A DNA stretch of 64,000 bases from assembly GCA_963922715.1 (NCBI GenBank), contig CAWUJT010000001.1, positions 9,430 through 73,429 of the forward strand, given 5' to 3'. Numbering within the stretch: the first letter of the stretch is position 1; each line of letters begins with the position of its first letter. Shown here one piece after another: positions 1 through 10,989 of this stretch. The notes under the pieces were generated by a model. That model had not been told where the DNA came from, did not search any database, and saw only the letters and a list, made by a program, of their open reading frames with translations. Both the position numbers and the translations under genes were made by a program. Source of the stretch: an uncultured Thalassobacter sp. GTDB lineage: Bacteria; Pseudomonadota; Alphaproteobacteria; Rhodobacterales; Rhodobacteraceae.

Positions 1-709
1 CAACCTGGAGAAATTCTTGTTGAGGATGTTTACGCCCACCTTGCGGTGGCACAGATGCAACTGTACCTTCCATGATTTTCAAAAGGGCTTGTTGTACGCC
101 TTCACCGGAAACATCACGTGTGATTGATGGGTTATCAGATTTCCGTGTAATCTTATCAACTTCATCAATATAGACGATGCCGCGTTGTGCGCGTTCAACA
201 TTATATTCTGAAGCCTGGAGAAGTTTGAGAATGATATTTTCAACATCTTCGCCAACATATCCTGCCTCGGTCAAAGTTGTGGCATCGGCCATTGTGAAAG
301 GAACGTCCAAAATTCTCGCAAGCGTTTGCGCCAGTAGCGTTTTGCCGCACCCTGTAGGGCCGATTAGCAATATGTTGGATTTGGCGAGTTCGATATCTGT
401 TTTTGAGGCATGATGCAGACGTTTGTAATGATTGTGAACGGCTACAGAAAGAACCCGTTTTGCAATATTCTGCCCAATAACATAATCGTCCAAAACATCA
501 CAAATCTCAATGGGCGTTGGGACACCGTCATTCGATTTTAATCCAGATGCTTTTGTTTCTTCACGAATGATATCCATGCAAAGTTCGACGCATTCATCGC
601 ATATGAATACAGTGGGCCCTGCTATGAGTTTGCGTACTTCATGTTGGCTTTTTCCACAAAAACTACAATAAAGTGTGTTTTTACTATCCCCAGAATTACC
701 AGTCGCCAT
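1..709 (-). CDS. clpX: ATP-dependent Clp protease ATP-binding subunit ClpX, N-terminal ~236 codons. The 3' end lies beyond the window edge.
   Basis: The reverse-strand translation from the ATG at 709 gives [44 protein letters not shown] (ClpX zinc-ribbon). A Walker A motif [18 protein letters not shown] lies further in. The gene sits directly downstream of clpP. Confidence 0.93.
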   Translation of the reverse strand, partial: MATGNSGDSKNTLYCSFCGKSQHEVRKLIAGPTVFICDECVELCMDIIREETKASGLKSNDGVPTPIEICDVLDDYVIGQNIAKRVLSVAVHNHYKRLHHASKTDIELAKSNILLIGPTGCGKTLLAQTLARILDVPFTMADATTLTEAGYVGEDVENIILKLLQASEYNVERAQRGIVYIDEVDKITRKSDNPSITRDVSGEGVQQALLKIMEGTVASVPPQGGRKHPQQEFLQV

Positions 710-871
710 CTTTACACCTCGTCCATGCTGCATCCTCAATGTATCGTCTTATTTGCAGTATTGCTTTCACAATAATTACATTTCAAGCTTAATACGCTGA
801 CCATGGACCCACAATGCCAAATGTTTTGTCTTTTGCCGATAGTCGCTATGAGTTCATAGTTTATTATGCGT

Positions 872-1498
872 CTATTCGTCCGCGCCCGCTGACCGACTTT
901 CAACGATTTCGTCAATATGCCCCCACGCCTGGGCTTCAGTTGGAGACATAAATTTGTCTCTCTCCAAAGCGTCAAATACCGTCTGATACTCTTGGCCGGT
1001 ATGCTTAACATAAATGTTGTAGAGTTGTTTTTTCATCTTTTGCGTTTCTTGTGCATGGATCATAATATCGGTAGCCTGTCCTTGGTAGCCCCCAGAAGGT
1101 TGGTGGACCATAATGCGGGCGTTGGGAAGGGAAAATCGCATCCCCTTTTCACCTGCAACAAGCAAAACTGACCCCATGGATGCTGCTTGTCCGACAACCA
1201 GCGTGCTTACAGCCGGACGAATATATTGCATCGTATCATATATAGATAAGCCAGCGGTCACTACACCTCCTGGACTGTTGATATACATACTGATTTCTTT
1301 GGAGGGGTTTTCAGCTTCAAGGTGGAGAAGCTGAGCAACGATAAGTTGGCTCATTCCGTCATGAACGGGGCCATTTACGAAAATAATACGTTCTTTGAGA
1401 AGACGCGAAAATATGTCGTAAGCGCGTTCTCCCCTACTTGTCTGCTCAACAACCATTGGAACAAGATTATTGTAGTATGTGTGTATCGGATCTTGCAT
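872..1498 (-). CDS. clpP: ATP-dependent Clp protease proteolytic subunit ClpP
   Basis: A 208-aa ORF with [25 protein letters not shown] and the catalytic-Ser context GQAASMGS. It lies upstream of clpX on the same strand. Confidence 0.96.
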   Translation of the reverse strand: MQDPIHTYYNNLVPMVVEQTSRGERAYDIFSRLLKERIIFVNGPVHDGMSQLIVAQLLHLEAENPSKEISMYINSPGGVVTAGLSIYDTMQYIRPAVSTLVVGQAASMGSVLLVAGEKGMRFSLPNARIMVHQPSGGYQGQATDIMIHAQETQKMKKQLYNIYVKHTGQEYQTVFDALERDKFMSPTEAQAWGHIDEIVESRSAGADE

Positions 1499-2371
1499 AG
1501 GTGTAAATCCTTCGGTTCGATATGCCTCTGGGCATTAACCTACGTTTCAGTTGAGTGAGCTGCAAGGGGCGAAGCTATTTCGAGCTAATAGAGCGATATT
1601 AAGAAAAGGTCACTATTAGCGGTTTAACAATGAGATTTTGAGTGTAAAACTTATATCATCACAGGTCTAAACGTCTAAAAATTAGACAAAAAATATGGCC
1701 AAGCATGTGCGGACAGCGTTTCACTTTACAATTATTCTAGAATGGCCGCATCCCGTTTGTAATTTTCTTCGCTGCATTGACATGCTGATCGTTCGACGTG
1801 ACACGTAATTTCAGGGTGTCTTAAGAGTGGGTATTGCCAATATTTTTGCCGCGCTTTTTCGCATTATTTTTGATTTGGCGCTTTGTTGTGCCGAGTTCTA
1901 TGTTCGTTATGATGCATGGCAGGTAAGTAAAATCAGTCTCTGAATTGTTTGGACGTGCAGTTATTGGTGTTGCACAGAGAGTAATACTAGTTTGTTGAAA
2001 AATGAATATTAGGTGCGTAGTTAATCCTTAAAAGTGCCCGCAATATTGACGATCAAGGTCTTACCAATTTTTGTTTTGGCTAACAGTTGGTCTGCATACA
2101 GGGAAATAATCAATGCCAACTATGCAGAATGATAAGCTATTCAAATTACAAAAAAAGATATAAAATCTGAGAATTGTATTTCTGAATTTGATTATAACAT
2201 GGCAGTTTATCTAAAATCGCCTGTGGATAAGGTAAGTTTCACCTACCGTTTTACCGATAAAGTATTCAAAATGCTCAGTGAAGGTGAATGTATTAGTCTC
2301 ATGCCTTGACCTAGCACTGATTCTAGACTTAGAGTTATTTTACATTGTAATCGCTAAAAAAAACGTAATCC

Positions 2372-3172
2372 ATGACTTATGAAACTGCACTGACTGCATT
2401 AGCTGATCCGACACGCAGGTCCATATTAAACAAGCTTCGACGTGGCCCGAGTTCTGTCGCCATGATAGCAAGACCATTACCCGTGAGCCGTCCAGCAGTT
2501 TCTCAACATCTGAAAGTTTTACGTAAGGCTGGTTTGGTTACCGTAAAGCAGCAGGGCACACGAAGCATCTATAGTCTTTCACCAGAGGGACTTGATCCAA
2601 TCAGATCATGGGTTGATAAATTGTGGGACGACGCGATTGATGTGGTCTCTGCTGAAAAGAAAGGATATAAAAAAAATCAACAGGGTGCCATATCATCAAA
2701 CTCTATAACAAAAATCCTTCATGTGCGTCTCGGTGCTGCAGAAGCCATTGATTTGATGATCGCAGACATTGCGCTTTGGTGGCCGGTTTCAAGTCATTCT
2801 GTTTCAGCTGCAAACGGATCGTTACCGCTGGCTTTAACCGTAAAACCACGACCTGGGGGGCAGTTTATCGAAACACTTGCAGATGGTACAAAGACTGTTT
2901 GGGGGACGATCACCCACTGGGTGCATCCTCGTCAAATTAAGATTGACTGGCATGTTGGTCAGCCACAAATCGATGCGACGCAAATAGAGTTGACCTTCAC
3001 CCCAGAAAAAAATGGCACTCAAATTATACTGACGCATTCAGGATGGGAAAAATTTGGCCAAGCGGGTCTTAGCATCCGGGCCGAGTATGATAAAAGCTGG
3101 GATCATGTATTCTTGGATCGATATTCGGCCGCAGCGGCTGCAGCTTTATCAAATTTCAGCGCCGCAATTTAA
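2372..3172 (+). CDS. ArsR/SmtB-family HTH transcriptional regulator fused to an SRPBCC/AHSA1-like domain
   Basis: The N-terminus ALADPTRRSILNKLRRGPSSVAMIA...VSQHLKVLRKAGLV is a typical ArsR winged helix. The C-terminal ~150 aa resemble the Aha1/SRPBCC fold (recall-based). Confidence 0.75.
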   Translation: MTYETALTALADPTRRSILNKLRRGPSSVAMIARPLPVSRPAVSQHLKVLRKAGLVTVKQQGTRSIYSLSPEGLDPIRSWVDKLWDDAIDVVSAEKKGYKKNQQGAISSNSITKILHVRLGAAEAIDLMIADIALWWPVSSHSVSAANGSLPLALTVKPRPGGQFIETLADGTKTVWGTITHWVHPRQIKIDWHVGQPQIDATQIELTFTPEKNGTQIILTHSGWEKFGQAGLSIRAEYDKSWDHVFLDRYSAAAAAALSNFSAAI

Positions 3173-3262
3173 ACCTCAGTCATCCAGAGTTTGTCTCCTC
3201 TTGCAGCTTCGTGAGTTCAAGCTATAAAATAAAGCTGTTTGCCTGTGATCAAGGAATAACAG

Positions 3263-6200
3263 ATGCCCAAACGCGAAGATATTCATTCCATTATGATTAT
3301 TGGCGCCGGACCGATCATTATTGGGCAGGCCTGTGAGTTTGATTACTCGGGCGCTCAGGCGTGCAAGGCTCTGAAAGAAGAAGGGTATCGCGTTATCCTG
3401 GTGAACTCAAACCCTGCCACGATCATGACGGACCCAGGTCTAGCAGATGCAACTTACATCGAGCCGATCACGCCAGACATCGTTGCCAAAATCATTGCCA
3501 AGGAAAAGCCCGATGCACTTTTGCCAACGATGGGGGGGCAAACAGCGCTCAACACGGCGCTGGCTTTGGATGATATGGGCATTTTGGCCGATCATGGCGT
3601 TGAATTGATCGGGGCGAAACGCTCTGCCATTGAAATGGCGGAGGACCGTAAGCTCTTCCGCGAAGCGATGGATCGCCTGGGCATCGAAAACCCCCGTGCG
3701 ACCATTGTCACGGCACCGAAACTGCCAAGTGGAAAGTTTGATTACAAAGCCGGCACACAAATTGCGCTGGAGGCACTCGAAGAGATTGGATTGCCTGCGA
3801 TTATCCGACCTGCGTTCACATTAGGGGGTACGGGTGGGGGTGTTGCCTACAATCGCGCGGACTATGAGCTGATTTGCCGCCGCGGGATGGAGGCCTCCCC
3901 CGTTGCGCAGATACTTGTGGATGAAAGCCTCTTAGGCTGGAAAGAATTCGAAATGGAGGTTGTACGCGACAAGGCTGACAACGCTATCATTGTATGTTCC
4001 ATAGAGAATGTGGACCCGATGGGGGTTCACACCGGGGACTCGATTACCGTCGCGCCCGCTCTGACCCTGACAGACAAAGAATATCAACTGATGCGCAGTA
4101 GGTCGATTGACGTGCTGCGGGAAATCGGGGTGGAGACAGGCGGCTCGAACGTGCAATGGGCGATCAACCCAGACAATGGCCGTATGATCGTGATCGAGAT
4201 GAACCCTCGTGTGTCGCGATCCTCGGCTTTGGCGTCCAAAGCAACAGGTTTTCCCATCGCAAAAATCGCGGCAAAGCTTGCGGTCGGCTACACATTGGAT
4301 GAATTGGATAACGATATCACAAAGGTCACACCCGCGAGTTTTGAGCCTACGATCGATTATGTCGTCACCAAAATTCCCCGGTTTGCGTTTGAAAAATTCC
4401 CAGGGGCAGAGCCGCTGCTGACAACGGCCATGAAATCGGTGGGGGAGGTTATGGCGATTGGGCGCACCTTCCATGAATCCATGCAAAAGGCACTGATCTC
4501 CCTGGAAACGGGTCTGACTGGATTTGATGACATCGCGTTTCCCGATGATCCGATTGCCCAGCGCGCGGAACTGAGCCGCCAAACGCCTGATCGCTTGCGC
4601 TTGATTGCACAAGCCATGCGCGCAGGTATGCGTAATGATGCGCTTTATGAGATCACGTCTTATGATCCGTGGTTTTTGGATCGTATCCGTGAGATCGTCG
4701 AAGCCGAAGACCATATTCGTAAGTCTGGGCTTCCCAAAACATCGGAAGAACTGCGCGGCCTAAAGATGTTGGGCTTTTCAGACGCACGAATTGCAAAATT
4801 GGCGAATATAGCTGAAGCAGATGTCCGGCGCACACGCCATATGCTTGGTGTGGTTGCACAATTCAAAAGGATCGACACATGCGCCGCTGAATTTGAAGCC
4901 CAAACACCCTATCTCTATTCAACTTATGAGGCCCCCATGATGGGGGTGCCTGAGTGTGAGAGCCGCCCAACGAACGCGCGCAAGGTGGTCATTTTGGGAG
5001 GCGGCCCCAACCGGATTGGGCAAGGGATCGAATTTGACTATTGCTGCTGTCACGCCTGTTTTGCCCTGTCCAGTTTGGACTATGAAACCATCATGATCAA
5101 CTGCAACCCAGAGACAGTCAGCACGGATTACGACACCTCTGATCGTCTTTACTTTGAACCTTTGACGTTCGAGCATGTGATGGAAGTTTTGCGCGCAGAA
5201 CAGGAAAACGGCACGCTTCACGGCGTCATCGTGCAATTCGGCGGTCAAACACCCCTGAAACTCGCCAAAGCTCTTGATGCAGCAGGTATCCCGATTCTTG
5301 GGACGTCTTCTGATGCCATAGACCTTGCCGAAGATCGGGAGCGTTTCCAGGCGCTTGTCGCCCACCTTGGGCTCAAACAGCCAAACAACGCGATTGCCTA
5401 TTCCGCTGAAGACGCACGCAAGAAAGCCACTAACCTTGGGTTTCCACTGGTGATTCGTCCGTCTTATGTGTTGGGCGGGCGGGCCATGGAAATCGTCCAA
5501 GATTCTACCCAATTGGAGCGTTATATCTCTGAGGCGGTCGTCGTTTCCGGTGATAGCCCCGTCCTTCTCGACAGCTATCTTGCAGGCGCGATAGAGGTTG
5601 ATGTGGATGCGCTGAGCGATGGCAAAGATGTGCATGTGGCGGGCGTTTTACAGCACATTGAAGAAGCTGGGGTTCATTCTGGCGACAGCGCTTGCTGTTT
5701 GCCACCGCATGATTTGCCGAAAGACGTTATTGATGAGGTTAAACACCAGACGGTGGCGCTGGCTGTTGCGCTCAAGGTGCGCGGTTTGATGAACGTGCAA
5801 TTCGCCATCAAGGACAAGGATGTCTACCTTATTGAGGTCAATCCGCGCGCCTCGCGCACCGTGCCCTTTGTGGCCAAAGCCGTCGACAGCGCGATTGCCT
5901 CGATCGCTGCACGTTTAATGGCTGGAGAACCTTTGTCGAGCTTTCCTTTGCGTGACCCATATCCCGAAGGGACGCAAAGCCATGTGCCTATGGGAAATGC
6001 CATGATGCTGGCCCCGCCGGAAACGCCCTGGTTCAGTGTCAAAGAAGCTGTTTTGCCGTTTGCCCGATTTCCTGGTGTCGATACGATCCTGGGGCCCGAG
6101 ATGCGCTCGACCGGGGAAGTCATGGGCTGGGATCGCTCTTTCCCGCGGGCTTTTCTCAAAGCGCAAATGGGAGCGGGAGCCTATCTTCCAGAACGAGGCA

Positions 6201-6580
6201 CAGTGTTTTTATCGATCAAAGCGGCCGATAAAGGAGCACAGTTGGTGGAAACAGCACGGTTGCTGACAGAGCTTGGGTTCAAAATCCTTGCCACCTCGGG
6301 GACCGCCACGTTCCTCGCCAAGAACGGCATAGCTGCAGAACGTGTCAACAAGGCGTATGAGGGGGGGCGCACAATTGTCGACATTATGCAAGATGGATTG
6401 GTCGATTTGGTGATGAACTCCACCGAAGGCACTCAAGCCATTGAAGACAGCCGCTCGATGCGCAACATCGCGCTGATGGATAAGATTCCGTACTATACAA
6501 CTCTTGCGGCCTCTTACGCTGCAGCCCTAGCCATGAAAGCTCGCCAAGACGGAGACCTGGGCGTTTTGAGCATACAATAG
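3263..6580 (+). CDS. carB: Carbamoyl-phosphate synthase large subunit
   Basis: A 1105-aa ORF with two ATP-grasp halves. The N-terminus [33 protein letters not shown] and the second half [24 protein letters not shown] are both present, followed by a C-terminal MGS-like domain. Confidence 0.98.
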   Translation: MPKREDIHSIMIIGAGPIIIGQACEFDYSGAQACKALKEEGYRVILVNSNPATIMTDPGLADATYIEPITPDIVAKIIAKEKPDALLPTMGGQTALNTALALDDMGILADHGVELIGAKRSAIEMAEDRKLFREAMDRLGIENPRATIVTAPKLPSGKFDYKAGTQIALEALEEIGLPAIIRPAFTLGGTGGGVAYNRADYELICRRGMEASPVAQILVDESLLGWKEFEMEVVRDKADNAIIVCSIENVDPMGVHTGDSITVAPALTLTDKEYQLMRSRSIDVLREIGVETGGSNVQWAINPDNGRMIVIEMNPRVSRSSALASKATGFPIAKIAAKLAVGYTLDELDNDITKVTPASFEPTIDYVVTKIPRFAFEKFPGAEPLLTTAMKSVGEVMAIGRTFHESMQKALISLETGLTGFDDIAFPDDPIAQRAELSRQTPDRLRLIAQAMRAGMRNDALYEITSYDPWFLDRIREIVEAEDHIRKSGLPKTSEELRGLKMLGFSDARIAKLANIAEADVRRTRHMLGVVAQFKRIDTCAAEFEAQTPYLYSTYEAPMMGVPECESRPTNARKVVILGGGPNRIGQGIEFDYCCCHACFALSSLDYETIMINCNPETVSTDYDTSDRLYFEPLTFEHVMEVLRAEQENGTLHGVIVQFGGQTPLKLAKALDAAGIPILGTSSDAIDLAEDRERFQALVAHLGLKQPNNAIAYSAEDARKKATNLGFPLVIRPSYVLGGRAMEIVQDSTQLERYISEAVVVSGDSPVLLDSYLAGAIEVDVDALSDGKDVHVAGVLQHIEEAGVHSGDSACCLPPHDLPKDVIDEVKHQTVALAVALKVRGLMNVQFAIKDKDVYLIEVNPRASRTVPFVAKAVDSAIASIAARLMAGEPLSSFPLRDPYPEGTQSHVPMGNAMMLAPPETPWFSVKEAVLPFARFPGVDTILGPEMRSTGEVMGWDRSFPRAFLKAQMGAGAYLPERGTVFLSIKAADKGAQLVETARLLTELGFKILATSGTATFLAKNGIAAERVNKAYEGGRTIVDIMQDGLVDLVMNSTEGTQAIEDSRSMRNIALMDKIPYYTTLAASYAAALAMKARQDGDLGVLSIQ

Positions 6581-6660
6581 CTTAAATTTGGACCCACGGT
6601 TGCAATTGCAGGGCTCAGTTGTGATCTCAGCCAACGAAACCTCTTGAATCTAACACCATT

Positions 6661-6692
6661 AAGGCGCATCTAATGCGCGCCCTTGTTTTTTT
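6661..6692 (+). terminator. Candidate intrinsic terminator downstream of carB
   Basis: AAGGCGC...GCGCCCTT forms an imperfect GC-rich stem (~7 bp with one bulge). It is followed by GTTTTTTT and lies 80 nt after the carB stop. Confidence 0.6.
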
Positions 6693-6729
6693 GAGCCGGG
6701 GCGATTTTGACGTAAAAGAAGGAGACTCC

Positions 6730-6948
6730 ATGGCCAAGGAAGAAATGCTCGAATTCCCCGGTGTCGTGAAAGAACTCCTGCCAAATGCGACATTTCGGGT
6801 CGAGCTGGAAAACGGCCATGAGATTATCGCCCATACGGCAGGAAAAATGCGTAAGAACCGGATCCGCGTGTTGGCTGGTGATAAAGTACAAGTTGAGATG
6901 ACCCCTTATGATCTCACCAAAGGCCGGATCAATTACCGCTTCAAATGA
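6730..6948 (+). CDS. infA: Translation initiation factor IF-1
   Basis: [72 protein letters not shown] (72 aa). An AAGGAG Shine-Dalgarno sequence lies 7 nt upstream. The longer ORF-track start at 6673 is rejected. Confidence 0.96.
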   Translation: MAKEEMLEFPGVVKELLPNATFRVELENGHEIIAHTAGKMRKNRIRVLAGDKVQVEMTPYDLTKGRINYRFK

Positions 6949-7516
6949 GCGCACACGGCTGATCTTAGGATCCGGCTCCCCGCGCCGGTTGGCCTTGCTT
7001 GAACAGCTGGGTGTCGTGCCCGATGCGGTGCGTCCCCCCGATGTGGATGAGACGCCTCTGACAGGTGAAATCCCTCGCCACTATTGCGAACGGATCACTG
7101 CGGCAAAATGTGCGGCGTCCCAGGTGCGGCAGGGGGAGGCTGTGCTTTGTGCCGATACAACTGTGGCTTTGGGGCGCCGTATCCTCGGAAAGCCCACAGA
7201 TGTGACAGAGGCCAAAGTGTTTTTACGCTTGTTGTCTGGGCGGCGGCATCGCGTCATCACGGTAATTGGCGTGAAAACACTGACCGCGACGCGCTTTCGA
7301 ACGGTCGAGACAGTGGTGAAAATGAAGCGTCTCAGCCAGAGTGAGATTGCCAGCTATCTGGCCACAGAAGATTGGCAGGGCAAAGCCGGCGGCTACGGCA
7401 TTCAAGGCCCAGCAGGGGCTTTTATCCCTTGGATTTCGGGCTCTTACCCCGCTGTGATGGGATTGCCGCTGACCGAGACAGTAGGGCTTTTGCGCGATGC
7501 CGGGGTGATCGTATGA
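6908..7516 (+). CDS. maf: Maf-family nucleoside triphosphate pyrophosphatase (septum formation protein)
   Basis: [19 protein letters not shown] and the later [10 protein letters not shown] motif identify the family. The only ATG or GTG in frame before the GSGSPRR motif is at 6908, which overlaps infA by 41 nt. The start is therefore uncertain. Confidence 0.85.
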   Translation: MISPKAGSITASNERTRLILGSGSPRRLALLEQLGVVPDAVRPPDVDETPLTGEIPRHYCERITAAKCAASQVRQGEAVLCADTTVALGRRILGKPTDVTEAKVFLRLLSGRRHRVITVIGVKTLTATRFRTVETVVKMKRLSQSEIASYLATEDWQGKAGGYGIQGPAGAFIPWISGSYPAVMGLPLTETVGLLRDAGVIV

Positions 7517-8541
7517 GAGGGTGTGTGGTGGCTTTCGGAACTTGGCGCGACAGGCAGTCCGCGGCGCGCATGATAGATGGCCACTTGGATGATTTATTGA
7601 TTGATGTAGAGGACGCGCATCCCCGCCCTGGTGCGATTTACCGTGCCATCTGCGATCGCCCTGTCAAAGGGCAGGGTGGCATGTTCGTGCGGTTGTCGGA
7701 CACACAAAAGGGGTTTTTGCGTCAAGCCAAGGGTTTGGCTGCCGGTCAATCCCTCTTTGTCCAAGTCACCGGGTATGCTGAAGCCACTAAGGCGATACCT
7801 GTCACAACGAAATTGGTGGTGAAAAGCCGATATGTGTTGACCACGCCAGGGGCGCCTGGGCTCAATATCGCCCGCTCCATCAAGAATACAGCAGCCCATG
7901 ACCAGCTTTTAGAACTGGCCGATGCAACAATACCTGAGCGTGCTGATATAGGCATTATCATACGCACAGCGGCTTTGGAGGCGGACCCGCAAGCTGTGGT
8001 TGAGGATTTAGAGACCACTTGGGCCGTCACGCAGGCGGTTATGTCCGATGATGGGTCTGCGCCCGAGCTTCTACTCGATGGGCCCGTTGCGCGCGAACGG
8101 GCTTGGATTGACTGGACCACACCGCTTCCCGATGAAATCACAGAGGCAGGCTTTGAGACTTTGGGTATCGCGGATGCTATTGCGGCAGAGAAAAACACCT
8201 GGATTGATCTTAGGCCCGGTCGTGCGTTCATTGAAACAACCCGCGCCTTTGTAGCGGTTGATGTGGACACAGGCGCGGACGCCTCTGTGGCTGCGGGCCT
8301 CAAAGCAAACCTGATGCTGGCCAAAGTCCTGCCCCGGACCCTTCGTGTGCGCGGTCTTGGCGGGCAGATTGTGATTGATCCCGCACCGATGCCGAAAAAG
8401 GATCGTCAGAGCTTTGAAACGGCGCTGAAGGCGGCGTTCCGCCGTGATTTGGTTGCCACGACAGCGGTTGGCTGGACACCGCTTGGCCACTATGAGCTCA
8501 CCCGAAAACGGGAGCGCCGTCCGTTGGGAGACTATTTATGA
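7513..8541 (+). CDS. rng: Rne/Rng-family ribonuclease (short RNase G-like protein)
   Basis: The ATG at 7513 overlaps the maf stop (ATGA). The C-terminal part [17 protein letters not shown]...[13 protein letters not shown] matches the RNase E/G catalytic-core signature. The infA-maf-rng-yacG order is typical of alphaproteobacteria. Confidence 0.8.
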   Translation: MRGCVVAFGTWRDRQSAARMIDGHLDDLLIDVEDAHPRPGAIYRAICDRPVKGQGGMFVRLSDTQKGFLRQAKGLAAGQSLFVQVTGYAEATKAIPVTTKLVVKSRYVLTTPGAPGLNIARSIKNTAAHDQLLELADATIPERADIGIIIRTAALEADPQAVVEDLETTWAVTQAVMSDDGSAPELLLDGPVARERAWIDWTTPLPDEITEAGFETLGIADAIAAEKNTWIDLRPGRAFIETTRAFVAVDVDTGADASVAAGLKANLMLAKVLPRTLRVRGLGGQIVIDPAPMPKKDRQSFETALKAAFRRDLVATTAVGWTPLGHYELTRKRERRPLGDYL

Positions 8542-8699
8542 CATGTCCGCTGTGTAATAGGCCTTCGACAAAAGACTATCGCCCGTTTTGTTCCAAACGC
8601 TGTGCGAATATAAATGGCAGAAGAGAGTTGGTCAGCGGCTTTGACTCTTTGGCAGTTTATGCTAGTAGTTTGGTACGGGGGCTTGCAAGAGCCCCGTGA
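8538..8699 (+). CDS. yacG: YacG-like zinc-ribbon protein (DNA gyrase inhibitor family) with an atypical C-terminal half
   Basis: A 53-aa ORF not present in the supplied track (below its size cutoff). Its ATG overlaps the rng stop. [25 protein letters not shown] matches the YacG CPxC...RPFCSxRC motif. I could not find the downstream IDLxxW motif in frame. Confidence 0.6.
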   Translation: MTCPLCNRPSTKDYRPFCSKRCANINGRRELVSGFDSLAVYASSLVRGLARAP

Positions 8700-8755
8700 G
8701 GCGCCAGCTCAATCTTGTATCCTTCTATTCCAATCCTTGCAAGGGAGGATGCTTC

Positions 8756-9574
8756 ATGGCGTCTTATAACGAAATCACAGTATCAACTTTATTGCGATTG
8801 GTGGGGACACCCATGTGTCCTAACCTGATCGATGTGCGCATCGACGAAGACTTTGATGCAGACCCGCATCTTATTCCCGGTGCTTTTCGACATCCATTTA
8901 CCGATGTGGCTGCTCTGGCTTCTAATTTTCGAGAACAAAGTGTCATTGTCTATTGCCAGAAGGGCTTGAAGATAAGCCAAGGTGCGGCGGCAATTCTAAG
9001 AGCACAGGGTGTTCAGGCCGAAATTCTGCAAGGCGGTCAATTCGCATGGCGTGATGCTGGGCTGCCAATGGTTTTGGCTGAAAAGCTTCCTCCGCTCGAT
9101 GAAAATGGACGCACTGTCTGGGTTACACGGCACCGCCCAAAAATTGACCGCATCGCCTGCCCATGGTTGATCCGGCGCTTTATTGACCCGCGTGCCAGAT
9201 TCCTTTTCGTCTCTCCGGGACAGGTCATGCATGTTGCTGAACGGTTCGACGCAACCCCATTTGATATAGAAGACGTGTATTGGAGCCATCGTGGAGATAC
9301 ATGTACATTTGATACAATGATCGAAGAATTTGGTATCGGGCACGAGGCACTTAAGCGATTGGCGGTGATTGTGCGCGGTGCTGACACCAACAAGCATGAT
9401 TTGGCCCCGGAAGCGGCGGGGCTCTTGGCGGCATCTCTTGGATTGTCGCGTATGTTCCGGGACGACCTCGAACAACTCGACGCCGGGATGTTGTTGTATG
9501 ACAGCTTCTATAGATGGGCGCGTGATGCGACGGAGGAAGGTCATGATTGGCCCGCAACATCGGGTCGGGTTTAA
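8756..9574 (+). CDS. Rhodanese-domain / chromate-resistance (ChrB C-terminal-like) protein
   Basis: The ATG at 8756 is preceded by AGGGAGGA. The N-terminal ~110 aa are rhodanese-like (VIVYCQKGLKISQGAA). The C-terminal part, with DRIACPWLIRRFIDPRARFLFV, resembles the Chrome_Resist domain. It lies immediately upstream of chrA. Confidence 0.7.
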   Translation: MASYNEITVSTLLRLVGTPMCPNLIDVRIDEDFDADPHLIPGAFRHPFTDVAALASNFREQSVIVYCQKGLKISQGAAAILRAQGVQAEILQGGQFAWRDAGLPMVLAEKLPPLDENGRTVWVTRHRPKIDRIACPWLIRRFIDPRARFLFVSPGQVMHVAERFDATPFDIEDVYWSHRGDTCTFDTMIEEFGIGHEALKRLAVIVRGADTNKHDLAPEAAGLLAASLGLSRMFRDDLEQLDAGMLLYDSFYRWARDATEEGHDWPATSGRV

Positions 9575-9577
9575 AGC

Positions 9578-10873
9578 ATGTCCGACATAAGTATTGAAAA
9601 ATCAAGCGCAGCTCCAAGCTTGGCAGAAGCAACCCGCGTCTGGTGGAAAATCGGGGTTTTGTCATTTGGTGGTCCAGCCGCACAAATCGCATTGATGCAT
9701 AAGGAAGTTGTCGAAGAACATGGCTGGCTGTCGGAACAACAGTATCTGAACGCCCTCAGCTTCTGCATGTTGCTACCCGGACCAGAGGCAATGCAACTGG
9801 CCACCTATGTTGGATGGCGTCTGCACGGAATCTGGGGTGGATTGATAGCTGGCCTGCTATTTGTCTGCCCCGGGGCCGTCGTCATCATGGCGCTGGCGGC
9901 AATTTACAGTCTTCTTGGCGACGTGCCACTGGTCAGCGCATTCTTCTATGGGATCAAGGCGGCTGTCTTGGTCATTGTCCTAGAAGCACTGTTACGTATT
10001 TCGAAGAAGGCGCTTACACAAAACGCGCACTGGATCATCGCGGGAATGGCTTTTATTGGGATCTTCTTTTTGTCTATCCCTTATCCCATCATCGTCGCCC
10101 TGGCCGCATTTTGGGGGTGGTTCAATGGAGACGAAGATAAGACAAGAACAGTTGTTGCTGACACCGAACTGGTTCCAATAGGCCGCACATTCAGAACGAT
10201 CCTGATATGGCTAGCCATTTGGGCGCTGCCATTCTTTGTTTTGTGGGTTTCAGATGCAAGCCAAATCCTTATCGAAATCGGCATCTTCTTCTCTACCCTT
10301 GCAGTTGTAACTTTCGGTGGCGCATACGCCGTTCTCGCCTACATGGCACAGGACGTGGTGATGCAATTCGGCTGGCTGTCAGCAGGCGAGATGGTTGATG
10401 CTTTGGGCCTGGCCGAGACAACACCCGGCCCGCTTATCCTTGTTACGCAATTTGTTGGTTTTGTAGCGGGGTTCAAAGAAGGTGGGATGCTCTTGGCATT
10501 GGGTGCCGCTTTTGTGGCGCTCTGGGTAACCTTTGCCCCCTGTTTCTTGTGGATATTTTCAGGGGCTCATTACATTGAATGGATATCGAACCAACCCAGA
10601 TTGCGCGGCGCACTCAAAGCGATCACCGCTGCGGTGGTAGGTGTCATCCTGAATCTGTCTATCTGGTTCAGCCTCCACGTGCTGTTCGCTGATGTCCAGA
10701 AAGAGCAATGGGGTTTGCTCACCCTCTGGCTGCCGGTGTTCTCCTCAATTGAATGGCTGGCACTGGGTCTGTTTATCTTGAACAGTATTTTGGTGTTTCG
10801 ATTTCACTGGGACATCTTAAAAATACTGCTTCTTTCTGCGCTGATTGGCAGCGGAATACATCTTCTTCTTTAA
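9578..10873 (+). CDS. chrA: Chromate ion transporter (CHR family)
   Basis: A 431-aa polytopic membrane protein with two homologous halves. The FGGPAAQIALMH and TFGGAYAVLAYM motifs are characteristic of ChrA. Confidence 0.88.
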   Translation: MSDISIEKSSAAPSLAEATRVWWKIGVLSFGGPAAQIALMHKEVVEEHGWLSEQQYLNALSFCMLLPGPEAMQLATYVGWRLHGIWGGLIAGLLFVCPGAVVIMALAAIYSLLGDVPLVSAFFYGIKAAVLVIVLEALLRISKKALTQNAHWIIAGMAFIGIFFLSIPYPIIVALAAFWGWFNGDEDKTRTVVADTELVPIGRTFRTILIWLAIWALPFFVLWVSDASQILIEIGIFFSTLAVVTFGGAYAVLAYMAQDVVMQFGWLSAGEMVDALGLAETTPGPLILVTQFVGFVAGFKEGGMLLALGAAFVALWVTFAPCFLWIFSGAHYIEWISNQPRLRGALKAITAAVVGVILNLSIWFSLHVLFADVQKEQWGLLTLWLPVFSSIEWLALGLFILNSILVFRFHWDILKILLLSALIGSGIHLLL

Positions 10874-10989
10874 AAACCAGGCTCCGAACAAACCCCTTAC
10901 CGCCCTATTCTGCACCCAACTGGATTCGACCCCATGTTGGAGAGCATGAAGAGCAAGATGAGACCATGGTGCCGGAAAAGGCACCCAAT

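Noticed and set aside
3533-3539. G7 homopolymers in carB (3533-3539, and ~6361-6367) and a T8 run in pgeF (47190-47197) as possible slippage or phase-variation sites
   Set aside because: All three are in frame within intact housekeeping genes, encoding Gly-Gly or Phe-Phe-Phe. There is no evidence of frameshifting.
3932-5635. Long minus-strand ORFs inside carB (3932-4714, 260 aa; 4919-5635, 238 aa)
   Set aside because: They are fully antisense to an unambiguous, full-length carB. Their products are Arg/His/Cys-rich with no recognisable motifs. This is typical of shadow ORFs in moderately GC-rich coding DNA.
7746-8324. 192-aa Ala/Ser-rich minus-strand ORF inside the rng-like gene
   Set aside because: It is antisense to a recognisable RNase E/G-family gene, and its product is low-complexity.
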